DNA of 64,000 nt from Octopus sinensis (lineage: Eukaryota): contig NC_043001.1 of assembly GCF_006345805.1 (NCBI RefSeq), positions 40,858,001 to 40,922,000 on the forward strand, written 5' to 3'. Below are positions 26,505 through 41,117 of this stretch, piece by piece (position 1 is the stretch's first letter; the number at the start of each line of letters is the position of its first letter). Position numbers and translations under genes: made by a program. The notes beneath the pieces were generated by a model. That model had not been told where the DNA came from, made no database searches, and saw only the letters and a program-made list of their open reading frames with translations.

Positions 26505-26921
26505 AACTGTCAGAATCGTTAAAGCATCAAAAAAAAAAAAATACTTCAAGGCATTTCTTCTTGCTTTTTACATTCTGGGTTCAAATCCCACTGAGGTCAA
26601 CTTTGCCTTTCCTCCTTTTTGGAGTCAATAAATATGTACCAGTTGAGCACAGGGATAAATGTAATTGACTAGCCACAATTTCAGGCTTAATGCCTATAAT
26701 AGAAAGAGTTATTAGTATCACTGTGAGAGCAGTAGAAGGGCATCAGAAAAATGCTTTATGGCATTTCTTCTGGCTCTTTACATTCAAAGTTCAAATCCTA
26801 CCAAAGCCAACTTGACCTTTTATCCTTCAGGGTCAATAAAATAAAGTACCAGTCAAGTACTGGGATTGTTGGTATCGATTAAACTTTTTCCCTTAAAATT
26901 GTTGACCTTGTGCCTTAATCA

Positions 26922-26953
<32 letters not shown>

Positions 26954-27040
26954 GGTGAGCTGGAAGAAGGGTTAGCACATTGAACAAGAGTGGAAATAAC
27001 TGTTACATCTGCCAAAAAAGTATTATTTCATGTTCTCTTG
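26505..27040 (+). mobile_element. Three head-to-tail family B SINEs with (ATT)n tails
   Basis: Copies at about 26505-26707, 26720-26920 and 26950-27040. The third head starts directly after attattattattattattattat. Confidence 0.82.
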
Positions 27041-27329
27041 AAAGTTTATAAAATTCTTATATCAATATATATATATATATATATAATATATATATATATG
27101 CATATGTATATATGTATACACACATACACACAAACACACATTTTATTAATTTATATCTACATTTGGGTGTCTAGCCTAATATATATCTGCTTAGTCTCTA
27201 TTTGCTGCTCCCACTGCCTATTTGATAGTCTCTCATCTATCTAGCACACATGCACGTATAACAAGAGGTAGCATTTGTCTTCTAACCATTGCATTTGCTG
27301 TCTGTGTAACTAGAAATGGATCGGGCCAA

Positions 27330-27850
27330 CCCTAACATCTCTCTGACACTCCCTCTCCTAATCACTGCATTATGTCGTCTAAGTAATGAAAGATGGCATT
27401 AAATCTGTATTTCTTCAATCTTCCTTGCTACCTTCCTTTTCTTCACCTTTCCTGTACTGCCTTCTGTCACACTTTCTGTAGTTGCAAGCTATCACTCTTT
27501 CTGTACTGAAAGTCATCACACCCTCTCCCCCAAGTAACTCATTTTTGACATCCATGACTCTCCTTACTCTCACCCATCTGTTACCAACCATCACTCAATC
27601 TCTTTCTCATACCACCAAACATGTAACTGCCATCAGTGTCTTTCTTCCATTACCCCCCACCATTTCTGTCTCTCCTCCATAACCCACCAGCACTATGACA
27701 ATTCCATTACTGATCTCTTCTACAGCACCCTCACTCCAATCACTGGTTCCCCCACCACACCACACCATCATACATTTGCTCCTCTCACCCATTCTGTCTG
27801 GCCCTTCTGGCATTGTCCTGGTTTTTATTCATCTTCATGGTCTCACTGCC
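27330..27850 (-). mobile_element. Possible decayed RTE LINE endonuclease-domain fragment
   Basis: Minus-strand translation ETMKMNK....RQ.GE.SKCMMVWCG loosely fits an RTE AP-endonuclease N-terminus. Purine-rich. Confidence 0.4.
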
Positions 27851-28944
27851 TTGAACGAAAGGAAACAGCATAGAATTATGAAGGGTCTTTAGCTTTTTAG
27901 AGTACAAACCATGACTAGTGTGCTCATCTATACTCTATAAAGTGTAATAGGAATATATATATACATACATACACACATACATATATAGAGAGAAAAAGGT
28001 TTTATACATATATATATATAGCTTAAGTGCTCTAAAAAAATCATGTTTATTGTACTGAAAATGTTATGCGTCCACACCAAAGCAAAACAAAAACTATATA
28101 AATATGTCTGTGCTTAATTATATAATTCAAAGATATTCATCCATAATGATTGAATTATTTTACCAATTCAGAATTGCTGATTGATTTGGATGCCATTCAT
28201 AATTGAACTCAGAAGACAATGAAGCAACTGTAATATCTATTTTTAACTGGGTTGAATGAAACAGGTCTATCATATATTTAGTAAAATAGTTTTAGTTCAT
28301 ACTTTTTATATCACCACACAATTATCTTAACTACTGACCCAGCATTTACACTGTATCATGTTCTATGCATAATACAAATGCATATTCAGACACATGAGTG
28401 TATTCTCATACATTGGCACATACTTCCTCACGTAATCTCAAACAAGTCCATGGGGACCTTGTACACGGTTGCTTGACTTGCCAGAAATTGCAACCAAATC
28501 TCCTTCAAATTACAGCCTACTGTCTATCATAGATGTGCTATGCTTAAAAAAAAAAATGGGATGAAATACTTTTGATCATAGATCTGTTCAATCAAGGCTG
28601 ATTTGGAGCTCAACTACAACAGTAACATCCTAAATTCACACAACTAGAAGTGTTGTCACTCACATATAGACTGATACAAATATACTGGAAATACATCCAG
28701 AGATGAATGCAGGCGAGAATCTTCACTCACACATATATGCACCACCCACATAAATGCACTTACACTCGCACTTATTGAAACAGATGTGCACATACAGAGC
28801 AAAATCATTTTATGTAGTAAGCTTACTACTATACTGGAGAATACATATGACTTGTTTATTCTATCTTGATACTTCAGTAATCTAAATTATTTTAGTGCAA
28901 GTCATTGAGGAAAATTATTAATGCATATTTTTGTCAAAATATCA

Positions 28945-29100
28945 ATGACGACGACGACGATGATGATGATGATGATGATGACAATGACGATGATGAGGAG
29001 GAGGAGATAAATAACAATGAGGGTTGTGACAATAGTAATAATGACTGTGGTGTCGATAAAGATGATGACAATAACAATGGTGACCAAAACAATAATAAAC
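28945..29100. repeat. Compound trinucleotide repeat (GAC/GAT/GAG/AAT/AAC)n
   Basis: Direct reading; it generates overlapping low-complexity ORFs on both strands. Confidence 0.9.
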
Positions 29101-30280
29101 AATGTATGAAAATGTCTGTTCTGTTTGAGGTTGGCAACACAAAGGATTCAGAGAATGTTCATTCAAGTTTAGAAAATAATACTGAACCACCATGAAAAGA
29201 CAGTTTTCAGTTTTTCTCTGAAATACAAGGTCCTCCAAAACTTTTTAATCCATTCTGAAATTTTAGACTATAATATTGTCTGCTTCTTTCACCATGACAT
29301 TTATTAATTGAAGTTCAATGATAATTAAAACAGCTACCTAGAATTGATTACAAAAGGTGAATCAAGATTTTTTAAGAGTACACATGCACTTCTATTGGTA
29401 ATTAATTTAGACTGACTAATATTGGTGGCTGTACTCTTTTTAAAGGGAGTCTTGCCATTAACACAAGGGTAATTGCTTTGAAGTTTTATAATTTTCCAAC
29501 ATTTTTTTTTTAGAAGATAATGGAATGAAGAATAGGGAATTACAGTAGTCAACTTTGTAAATGACAATAGAATTGACAGGAGCATTGGGCCAATTAAGAG
29601 TAAGGAATTTCCTGGTTTTGTTGATTACTAACAACTTTGTTAAGATAATAAATCATTAAACAGACTTGTTTTCAATCATTGGTTTCTTTTATGTTTCAGA
29701 GCTAAAAGACACAGAAAAGATGTCTATTACTATAGCAACCACATTGTTGAAGAATTCAATTTTTATTTTTTTTTTACTAATCAATTTGAAGAGAATTCCT
29801 TTTACAACCAACTAACAGAGAGACAGAAAAAAAAAACAGAAAGAAAAATGATGTGGAAAAAATCCAAATAAATTAAAACAATACTCATGGGGAAATGTAC
29901 TCAGTATCTTCTTACATAGAAATTCATTTACAGAAGATTATTTCCAGTAAAAATATTCTTTCCTAATGAGATCCAACATCACCTAATAGACAATGTTAGA
30001 TGTTGGGAAATATTTTTTATATATTCAGTAATTTCTGTGTAAAAACTAAAACAAGTGGCTCATATTAACAAACTGGAGAATATCCTCAATTCATCACCTA
30101 AACATCATACCATTGGCTGAATGGATCTGATATTGAACTGTAAGTTCAAAGGCGACAAGTCCAATTCTAATGAAGACATTTCACTAAGTATTTAAACAGT
30201 ACACTTAATTCCACGTATATTAATAGGTGTCAGATACTTTGGAAATGGCCGATCCAAGGGAGTATCCAAGTGTCATCTAA

Positions 30281-30481
30281 TTAACCCTTTAGCATTTAAA
30301 CTAGCCATATCCAGCCAAAATATTCTGCTTATGTTAAAACCAGCCAGTACAATGTTATTCTAAAAGTAAACAATCAAATGATCAAAATCTCAAAGCCATG
30401 AGAAAATACATGATTAATTCAAAACAATATAGATAAACAAGTATTACATTGGACAGAATAATCTGAATGTTAAAGGGTTAA
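30281..30481. mobile_element. piggyBac-like MITE with TTAA TSD
   Basis: TTAA-CCCTTTAGCATT ... AATGTTAAAGGG-TTAA terminal inverted repeats. Confidence 0.88.
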
Positions 30482-31594
30482 TGCTTTAAATCTGAAGCTA
30501 AACACCAGCTCTGAGAAGTCGTTTATTACAGTTACTTAAATATATTGTTCTAATTCAAACTTAAAAGTTTGAATTTGCTACATGCAAGTTTTGGTTTCAT
30601 TACTCTTATCTCTGAACCAAATTGACTGTCTATATAAAAGAGAAGTTAGTGTAAAACGGAAAATACTTGATTTGAAATCAAATTCTTCCTACTCAATATG
30701 TGAGAAAATGTTGTTTTTCTAAAAAGTTTTATGTTGCACCACCCTACAGGAAGAAATAAACAAGATATAGCTTATGAAATATATTAAGTGGTAATCTACC
30801 TCCCACCTGGTTTTACTTACTCTTCTGCTCTTTTTTAGAATGTTTAGCTAGCTATTGGACTAAATTGCCAAAGTAGTTGAGTAAACGGAAAACTCCACTT
30901 ATACTGACTTCTTTTAACTCAGAGGTAAGAGTGGATGTGACACTTGAGACTGATCAAATTTCATCAGTCACATTAGTTTGCTATTGGTTCTTGTTTTGTC
31001 TGTCTACAAGATACCTATATAGTATATACTAAACAATTCATGAAAATAATGATTTAAAATAAATTCTACTTCTATTAAAATGTGAACATAGCAATTTTCA
31101 CTTTAAAAATTCAGTAAATTTTCTCAGTAATTATATACCTAAAATTTAACATTACTCTAATAAGTTGTCTCACATATTTTAGACATATAATTACATAGAT
31201 ATAGAATGTTATTTCTGACAAGAGTAATATGATTAAGTAAAACTTATTGAAGCACTGTTGCTCAAATCCTGTTATGTAACATTTTATATAGAAAAACTCA
31301 ACAGAGTATATTTATAATAATGATGGAATAAACCACAGAGAATACTGATGGAGCAGTTTTCCAATCAGCTACATATCTAACCAGGTAAAGTATATTTGTA
31401 AATGCAGATGACTCTTAAGTGTTGAAGAACTATTATGGAGTGGTTTTTCAGGTTGTATTTCTTGGGATTAAAAAATATATATATACAGTCTGAGTCATGA
31501 AGCTGGAGCCAAAGTTGTGGAGTTTAGAGTCAAAAGTAATTATTGTGTTTCTGGCGTGAAAAATGTCAATAAAAATTCATTGACTCTAACTTAA

Positions 31595-31982
31595 TTATAT
31601 ATATAAAGCTGAAGTCGTCTGTGTGTGGCAGGTTTGGTAGCCTTCAACTAACACTATCTCCTCCAAGACCCTGCAGCGCAAGTTGACCAAAATTGAGAGT
31701 ATGATAGAAGAAGGCTTGCTCTTCATTCCGTAGAAGTTAAAATTCAAATTGGACCATGTTAACACCAAAAATTATTTACATCAAAAAGGTGCTTTTTTTC
31801 TATGAAAATCCCTATTTTTACGATTTTTTGACTGCTGTGTCGCCATTTTTTGGTGTATTTCAACCAGAAAAATGTTCACTTACAGAGAATAACAGGCTAC
31901 ATTAGGCAAAATTTTTACTTTTCGAAAATTCCAATTCTAAAGGGTCAAAACAAACCCAAGCAACGCCGGGCGATACTGCTAG
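31595..31982 (+). mobile_element. Non-autonomous Helitron-type element
   Basis: 5' tatatatataaagc start; subterminal hairpin cccaagcaacgccggg (31955-31970); 3' CTAG (31979-31982) followed by T. Confidence 0.8.
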
Positions 31983-32029
31983 TTTAAATATAATGCTGAT
32001 GGCAGTTAATCTTCAATGAAAAAAAAAAA

Positions 32030-32610
32030 TAAGATGATCTCTTGCTGGATAATAAAACCCTGTTAACTGATATTTACAGCTATTTACCTCAATGGACTGA
32101 ATTGTGTTGAACAATGACCAAATTGCTAAAGGAAAAGAGGCACTCTTTGAAGTAGTAATGCACATGAAAGGAATACAAGTGGTACCTGAAACTATCAAAA
32201 CACAGAACAAATAAACTAGAAACATTGGTAATTCACAATCATCCTCTTCAAATGAAGCATACTTGGATGAAAAGGAAGCATTTGAAAGTAAACCAACACA
32301 AAAAGGAAAAAGAAAGAAAAAGAAAAAAATAGAAAAACTGTAGATGTCAAAGTAAAAATTTCAGCAGGATTTTTTAAAAAGGATTAAAAGAACTGGAAAT
32401 GTCTGACTGCTCATTGAAACTGACTTTAGAATTAGTCATCTCTGCTTACACAAAGGCTATTAGTAATGTAGCAAGAACTCTATCAAGCAAAGCCACCCAC
32501 CCAAGTCAGAATTGGAAGGCAAGTCTTCTATGCTGAAAATAATTGCATCAGATTTAAGGGCTTCTACAAAGAAGGATCTGGGAAAAGTAATTCTGTTTCT
32601 AAGAGCAAGA
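32030..32610 (+). mobile_element. Decayed hAT transposase C-terminal (dimerisation) region
   Basis: VAR...PPTQVRIGR / frameshift / MLKIIASDLRASTKKDLGKVILFLRA matches the hAT pattern P.TQVSVER.FS.LK.I.SDLR.S....L...ILFLR. Upstream LNNDQIAKGKEALFE. Confidence 0.7.
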
Positions 32611-33376
32611 TATTAGTAAATTTTGCATTTGGATTTTTGATTAAACCATTATTCTATATGTCTCTTCAATAAATTTAGTTAGGAATAAACTTCCCAATCC
32701 TTCAAAATATATTTTATTTCATTTAATGTAATCTTTCATGCTATATTCACAGAAATTCTCTGTTTTCATCCTAGACAGGAAGGGGTTATGTAACCAAGTT
32801 TATATCTTTTAAAATAGTTCTTTATTAAGTTCCTTTAGGCATTCAATCTTTTAGTTTTAACATTGGTGTCTTTTTGAATTGGTAAAAAAAAAATTGTGTT
32901 CCTAATTTTCTTTTACTATAGTTTATTTCTTTTATATCCTTTTACTTTAGAGCCTTTTGATAAAAACAGCCGCCTTTTTCTTTATTTGCAAAGTTTTTGC
33001 CTTTCACTTATTTGTTTGTAACTTTAATAATTGTTATGAAAAATATTATAATGACATAGTATAGCCTTTAAATCCAAATTTAGGGAGCTAAAATGTAGCC
33101 TGATGATTCATATTAGCTTTATAAGTACTGTGCACTTTCAATGAGATATATGATTAATTTAATTACAGATAGAGGAATCAGGAATGGAGTTGGTGGTACC
33201 ATAAATTTATGAATTGGAGTTGGAGTGAAAGATTTTGTATACTGATTTCATAACCTTGTCCATAGTAGTCCTATGCTATATATCCACAACAGTCCAATAA
33301 TACTCTATCCACATATTAACAGATACCCCTGTACACAAACTTAAATGTACACACACATAGTGCATTATTTTGTACA

Positions 33377-33805
33377 GGCGCAGGAGTGGCTGTGTGGTAA
33401 GTAGCTTGCTTACCAACCACATGGTTCCGGGTTCAGTCCCACTGCGTGGCACCTTGGGCAAGTGTCTTCTACTACAGCCTCGGGCCGACCAAAGCCTTGT
33501 GAGTGGATTTGGTAGACGGAAACTGAAAGAAGCCCATCATATATATGTATATGTATATGTATGTGTATATATATATATATATATGTTTGTGTGTCTGTGT
33601 TTGTTCCCCCAACATCGCTTGACAACTGATGCTGGTGTGTTTACGTCCCCATAACTTAGCGTTTCGGCAAAAGAGACCGATAGAATAAGTACTAGGCTTA
33701 TAAAGAATAAGTCCTGGGATCGATTTGCTCGACTAAAGGTGCTGCCCCAGCATGGCTGTAGTCAAATGACTGAAACAAGTAAAAGAGTAAAAAGAGTAAA
33801 AGAGT
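33377..33805 (+). mobile_element. Full-length, young family A SINE (tRNA head, CORE-like domain, internal (TA/TG)n, (AAAAGAGT)n tail)
   Basis: ggcgcaggagtggctgtgtggtaagtagcttgc...ggttcagtcccactgcgtggcaccttgggcaagtgtcttc...gactgaaacaagtaaaagagtaaaaagagtaaaagagt. Confidence 0.92.
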
Positions 33806-34544
33806 GTCAGATAAGTTTTCGGCCCATTACTGAAAAACATGAATGTTACAGCTTCATCTTTTTCCGTTATCCCTGTGGCTTTTGTGGGTTGTGTGTCTAC
33901 TGAGATAAATCATTGTTTTTTAAAAGCAAATTATATAAATAAGTAAAAGGGTTTGGTTTTCTAAGCATGGGAGTATTTGATTTGAAAATAAGTATTTGGT
34001 AGAGATAGACAATGAGAGTAAACAGAAAGATGGACAGAAAAGGTAGAGTGACAGATAGACAGAGAAAGAAAAACAAAAAAAAAAAAAAGAGAAACAGATA
34101 CATAGGTAAAGAGGTGGGGGATATAAATGAGAAATCAGAATAAGATATTGGGGTGTTAATTAGTAATATAGTCAAGATGAGAAACAAAGAGACACAGGTG
34201 GAAAGATATGAGAAACAGTTGAGGGAAGAAGTGAGAGAGTGAGTCATTTAATGTGATGAGTATAAGTTATATTCATCATTTGAGAATGAGTTATACTCAA
34301 CATGCCAACCATAACCATCTCAATCAATAATTAAGACCAAATAAGAAACAAAAGAGGAACAGAATTTTAAAAATGTACAATTAAAACAACATAATATTTC
34401 TTTATCCTAGTGGATTTCTCATTGATGTTGGTACTAGAAATAGAAAAAATTAAATTCCAACAAAGGTAACTATGTTAGAGTTACTCTTGGATAACAATAC
34501 AACATCAAAACCACCAAGTACAGGTACTTATAACAGTACAGATC

Positions 34545-35180
34545 CTGCCATCTGAAGTACGAGCAGCCATCAAAATGATGAAAAACAAAGCTGCTGGACC
34601 AGGCAGGATTTTCACTGAGATGATAAAACTGTTAGAGGAATATGGGATTAGAAAACTGACAGATGTAATAAAGAAGATCTATGATGATGGGAAATTTCCA
34701 GAAGATCTCAGTATTGATTGAGATCTTTTATTGCACTCCCGAAGATATCAAGAGCAGTGGATGTGAACAACATTGCACAATTGGTCTCATGAATCACGTT
34801 ACAAAGATCATTCTGAGAAATTTACTACTGTGAGCAAGAAACAGAACAGCTGAGATTGAAATTGAACAGGTTGGCTTCATAATGAGAGTTGGTACTAGGA
34901 ATGCTATTTTTGTATAGAGAATGATAATAGGGTAGGCTGTAGAGATGCATAAAGACATCTTCGGGTGTTTCATAGATTACACAAAGGCCTTCAACAAAGT
35001 AAGATAAGGCATGTTATTTGAAAAATTCAGTAACCTTGATCTGCATGGGAAGGCCTCCAAACCTTGCAGAACAAGTATTAGAACTAATCAGCATGCATAA
35101 AAATAGATGGAGACTGCAGTAATTACACTAGCATCAAGAGAGGGGTTAGACAAGGATGTGTTATGTCACCAGATCTTACT
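34545..35180 (+). mobile_element. Decayed RTE/BovB-like LINE reverse-transcriptase fragment
   Basis: AAIKMMKNKAAGP..IFTEMIKLLEEYGIRKLTDVIKKIYDDGKFPEDL..IFIALPK; ends IKRGVRQGCVMSPDL (RT motif B). Confidence 0.82.
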
Positions 35181-37551
35181 TTATGCCAAACACCCAAATC
35201 ATTAGCTCATGAACCTTCACAATCTTGTAACAGTTTTCTATCAGTCTATTTGCAGGAAGCAAATAGACACCTTTAATTTTCCTGACACTCTTAGGCAACC
35301 AGGCCCATCTAGGTAATGACGCCTAGTATCCTGCTGCTATTTTTTGAAATGCTACCTTTAGTGGGGATTGAAATCAGAACCTTCTGGTGATCTTAATCTA
35401 GGATTAAATGTACATAGAAGAAAGAGAGAAAGAAAGAGAGAGAGAGGAAGATAGTGCTTGGAAGCAAAACAAACAAGTTATTTGCCTGTATGATTGCAAT
35501 GCAATATATTGTGTATTGGTTTATGTTTATGTGGAATCGCCATAAAAGGAATCTGCTTGATGCATGTTGAAGTATTTTTGTAATGATACATGACAGAGAA
35601 ATAAAAGAAAAACATTTAATCAGCATTATTATGTAAAAGAAGGAATGCAAAAAAAGATTCTAAATTTGAAATATTTTTTCAGAATAAATTTTACTCATTT
35701 GAAATGGTTTTTTTTGTTTTGCTAAGTTTTCAACCTTTTTTTTTTATTGTTCATTTTATAGTGAGTCATGGAAGCATTTAGAACCCGTTTGAGTAAAATA
35801 TCAATGTTTAAAAGACATTGCTAGATATAGAAAAGAAACCAATGAAATGACTGAATTACAGGAATTATAAATCTACAGAAAGGAATATTCAAAGACAAAA
35901 CTCATAGAATATTTCAAGACAGTTAAACAATGCAACAATGAAGACCTCAACTTAACAGAGAATAAATTAGGGGATACCATTGAAAGTTTGAAGGTAAAAG
36001 TAATAACCCAAATAAAGCGGTAGATGAAGGAAATGAATAAAAATGGAAAATATAAATATAATTAAAAGACTGACACACAACAGAAAAAAAACTAACTTTT
36101 ATATAATTTTATATTATTTATTATTTATGTTATTTGTTATTTCAATTCACTTTTCTGATATTTTTATCTGAATTAGATTTTTATAGAAGTATGACATCAG
36201 TTAAAAACGGTCTGTAAAAGTCTTTAAAGACATTTTGTGCCTTTAGTCACATAGAAAAAATTGTTAAACAGTTTTCCATACAATATGGAAGCTCTATAAT
36301 TTGAAATAATAGTTTTATTTATTAGCACTAGTTCTGTTGCACTACTCAAAGACTGAGTCTTTCAATTTAATTTGTTTCATATTCCTATTAATTTCTTCTA
36401 TAACTTACTTTACCCAATGTACTCAATACACATTAACTTTTCCCTTTCTATACTGCCAGTCATTCCTTCCTCTCATCTGGGCCACTTCTGTTGCCACCCA
36501 TCACCTACTTTGTATTTGTCCACTTCAGCTATTACCAGTCACTCTCCTTATATTTACATCCCTAAAACCCTGCCTTTTTTTATTTCCCTCACCAGTTCTG
36601 ATCTTTTTGCTGTCATCACTCTCTCTCTCTCCTCTTTCCTGTTCCTTTTTAGGTTACTGAATACTTCCTACAGTTATTGTATACAAGCCCTGTCCTCTGC
36701 TGATGGAACTACAGAAAGCACTACCTGTGCTCCCTCTGACTGATTGGTAACCAAAATAACAACTCTACTGCTGGTGCCACAAAAAATATGCCCGTTACAA
36801 AGTGTAAAGTGATTAGCAAATGAGCTAAGAAAGTGTAGGGAACCTTTAGTACTGCCTTGTGAGAACAAAACAGCCTCTCTAGTGTTAGTGCCATGAGAAA
36901 ATGCACCCAATACATGCAGTAAGGACATCCAGCTGAAGAAACAAAGCCAAGTAACATGTACAAGAATGAGTATATGAGTGCAGTGGTTCCCAATAAGAAA
37001 TGACTTGGACCATAATGACTTGTCAAATCCATACCTATATGGAAATCAGTTAATAAATAATGATGATGATGATGGTCATGGTTATGATGATGATGAAGAT
37101 GATACAAACAGATGGAGAGACAGAGAGACAGTTAGACAGATAACCCTCTGAAACAACTGTGGTTGATGCTATAACATTTTCTCTAAACTGTTGCAAGTCA
37201 ACACCTGCAGGAGGGACAAGAACAATGAAAAGATCTACAGAGCCAATTACTGGAGGAAGGACTAAGCATGGTGGTTAGTGTGAGACAAGGAGGGGTTGGA
37301 TACACCGAGGGTGGTGAGAAATAGAGAGATAGTGAGTTAGGAGTGATTGAATGGATCAGGTAGAAAACCATTCAGCTCTGAGGAACAAAGGACATAAAAG
37401 TACTGGCAGAAAACATAAAGACAGGTGAGAAGAAATCATACTTGTGGGCTAGAGTCTAAAGCATGTCCATGAAATATTTTGTGCCAATCATATTTTGGCA
37501 TTAAATGATATATATGTATGTACATATATATATATACATATACATACATAT

Positions 37552-38050
37552 CATCATCATAATCGTTTAACGTCTGCTTTCCATGCTAGCATGGGTTGGA
37601 CAATTTGACAGAGGACTGGCGAACCAGATGGCTTCACCAGGCTCCAATCTGATCTGGCAGAGTTTCTACAGCTGGATGCCCTTCCTAACGCCAACCACTC
37701 TGAGAGTGCAGTGGGTGCTTTTACGTGCCACTGGCACAAGGGCCGGTCAGGTGGTACTGGTAACGGCCACGCTCAAGTGCTATTTTTTACATGCCACCAG
37801 CAGCACTGGCAACGACCTCACTCGAATGTTTTTCACGTGCCTGCGGCACAATTGCCAGTAAGGCGACACTGGTAACGATCATGTTTGAACGGTGCTTTTT
37901 ACGTGACACCGGCATGGGAGCCAGTCAGCTGCTCTGGCACCAATCACGCTCGGATGGTGCTCTTAGCACTCCACTGGCATGGGTACCAGTCATCGAATTT
38001 GCGAATTTGATTTGATTTCGATTTCACTTGCCTCAGGTCTTCACAAGCAG
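37552..38050 (-). mobile_element. Long family D RTE-tail element with about 5 internal units
   Basis: (CAT)n tail and central motif plus tandem gtgccactggcac units. 5' end gaagacctgaggcaagtgaaatc resembles the RTE 3' region. Confidence 0.85.
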
Positions 38051-38388
38051 AGTTTAGTCCCTCACTTTCTCTTTCAAGTTTTAATTCACTATTAATGTAT
38101 ATGTAATGTAAAAATATTTTTAAATACCCGTATAATTTTCGAACGCGAGATAGCTAAGAGAAGAGCCTAGAAATTTGGGTAATTTCTATCAGGAGACGAG
38201 GAGAAAAAAACAAAAAGTTACCGACAATAACTCAAAACTTGCACCTTATTCACAGTTTTCAAACAAAACTTCAACAGTGACACTTGCACACACACCAATA
38301 CTCACTCACACACACACACAGATACACATACATACAAATGAAAGGCAATGTGTGCATGTGTGCATGCATGTGTGTGTATGTGTGTGTG

Positions 38389-38446
38389 CTGTTCACTGAC
38401 AAAACTTCGTGCTGCATCACTTTTGTGAAGTTTTATCAGTGAACAG
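38389..38446. ncRNA. Pre-miRNA-sized hairpin (candidate only)
   Basis: ctgttcactgacaaaacttc / gaagttttatcagtgaacag: 20-bp stem with 18-nt loop, fully paired on the minus strand with one U-G. Confidence 0.25.
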
Positions 38447-39189
38447 GTCATGGTTTCAAAGCGCCGAAAATATTTTGACACAAAAGAAGTTTTAATGTTG
38501 AAGTGAAACTAACAGTATTTGTGTGTTCTTACATGGTTTACAAATATGCTGCAATTGTTTTTGTTCCATGCTGCAGCTGTTTTTGTTTCAGCACACGATC
38601 TCAGATCAAGTCACTTGCTATGCAAGTACATCTCTGTAATTTTTTTAAAATCACTGAGGATAAATACCAGCAATGATCTTCTCAGGCTCTCCAATATTTT
38701 AATTTCTAAACAGAAACAAATGGGGGCAGAGAGTGGGGTTGCAAAATATTCATAATTTCTCAAATTTTCTTTTTTATAGCATATAAAAGTATTTATAGGG
38801 AAAAAATATGCATCAGCACTCCAACCCCCACATCCCCCACATACCCCATCACTCCAGACCAATATCCACACCACCATCCCCACACCACATCACACCACTC
38901 CACATGCACTAGCACTAACCACTTCCCACCACCATCTGCACACCTAGACATAATCATCCACACACCTACACAGCATCGTGTACACACCCACACATTACAG
39001 AAGCACACACTAACATACGCACACATCCACACATCAAAGTCACTAGCCCCTATCTACACACGCGCACACACACACACACACACTCACATATGCACATGCA
39101 CCCGCACCTTCATTTCAAGATCACCAGTACTTAATTATCTCCACTTCGTCCAAGCTCACCTGTCAAACTCTTTTTTCCAATCAGCCGCC

Positions 39190-39360
39190 ATCATTGATCA
39201 CCAAATCCACAAGTTTTTTATTCTCTCTCTCTCTCTCTATTTCTTCATATTCCTTTCTATTGAAGAGGGTAGGCTCAAAGCGTAAAAGACTTTCACTCTT
39301 TCCTGAGCATCAAACTCGTACAACTACTTATTCACACACCTTTATTTGTAAATTGCAACT
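39190..39360 (+). mobile_element. Third short Penelope-LTR/retrozyme-like element with degenerate minimal hammerhead
   Basis: CTTT-CTATTGA-A-GAGG gtag GCTC-AAAG-CGT-A-AAAG at 39253-39288. Confidence 0.55.
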
Positions 39361-39387
39361 GTATATATACACACATGTATATATCAT

Positions 39388-39565
39388 CATCATCATTGTT
39401 TAACGTCCGTTTTCCATGCTAGTATGGGTTGGACAGTTCGACCAGGGTCTGCGAAGCCAGGAGGATTCACCAGGATCCAGTCTGATCTGGCAGTGTTTCT
39501 ACAGCTAGATGCCCTTCCTAACACCAACCACTCCGTGAGTGTAGTGGGTGCTTTTTACGTTCCAA
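39388..39565 (-). mobile_element. Family D RTE-tail element (short)
   Basis: catcatcattgtttaacgtccgttttccatgctagtatgggttggac...gatgcccttcctaacaccaacc. Confidence 0.85.
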
Positions 39566-39649
39566 CACATACACATATATATATACATATATACACATAT
39601 ATACACATACATATATACATATGTATATATGTATATACATATATATATA

Positions 39650-39902
39650 GGCGCAGGAGTGGCGGAGTGGTGTGTGGTAAGTAGCTTGCTAACCAACCAC
39701 AGGTTCCGGGTTCAGTCCCACTGCGTGGCATCTTGGGCAAGTGTCTTTGCTATAGCCCTGGGCCGACCAATGCCTTCCGAGTGGATTGGTAGACGGAAAC
39801 TGAAAGAAGCCTGTCGTATATATGTGTATATATATATAATATATATATATATATATTATATATTATATATATATATATATTAATATATATATATATATTA
39901 TA

Positions 39903-39980
<78 letters not shown>

Positions 39981-40003
39981 ATTAATAATATAATATATAT
40001 ATT

Positions 40004-40039
<36 letters not shown>

Positions 40040-40054
40040 ATATATATATATTAT

Positions 40055-40127
<73 letters not shown>

Positions 40128-40144
40128 TATATATTATATATATA

Positions 40145-40182
<38 letters not shown>

Positions 40183-40282
40183 TTATATATATATATATAT
40201 TATATATATATATATATATTATATATATATATTATATATAATATATTATTATATATATATATATAATATATATTATATATAT

Positions 40283-40330
<48 letters not shown>

Positions 40331-40357
40331 TATTATATTATATATTATATATATATT

Positions 40358-40407
<50 letters not shown>

Positions 40408-40437
40408 TATTATATATAATATAATATATATTATATA

Positions 40438-40479
<42 letters not shown>

Positions 40480-40494
40480 ATATAATATATAATA

Positions 40495-40587
<93 letters not shown>

Positions 40588-40723
40588 AATTATATATATA
40601 TATTATATATTATATATTATATATATAATATATATTAATATATATATATATATATATAATAATATATATATATATATTATATATATATATATATTATATA
40701 TATATATATATTATTATATATAT

Positions 40724-40812
<89 letters not shown>

Positions 40813-40835
40813 TATATAATATATATAAGATATAT

Positions 40836-40907
<72 letters not shown>

Positions 40908-40969
40908 TATATATATATAATATTATATATATATATTATATATATATATATATATTAATTATTATATAT

Positions 40970-41002
<33 letters not shown>

Positions 41003-41033
41003 GATATTATATATAATATATATAATATATATA

Positions 41034-41117
<84 letters not shown>

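Noticed and set aside
28902-29238. Acidic D/E/N-rich ORF and overlapping poly-S/I/H ORFs
   Set aside because: Compound trinucleotide repeat, open on both strands, with no splice signals or domain.
30811-30930. Strong isolated donor motifs (GA/GTAAGT on minus at about 30820; AG/GTAAGA on plus at about 30925; also minus at about 18318)
   Set aside because: No convincing matching acceptors; such hexamers are expected by chance in 64 kb of AT-rich DNA.
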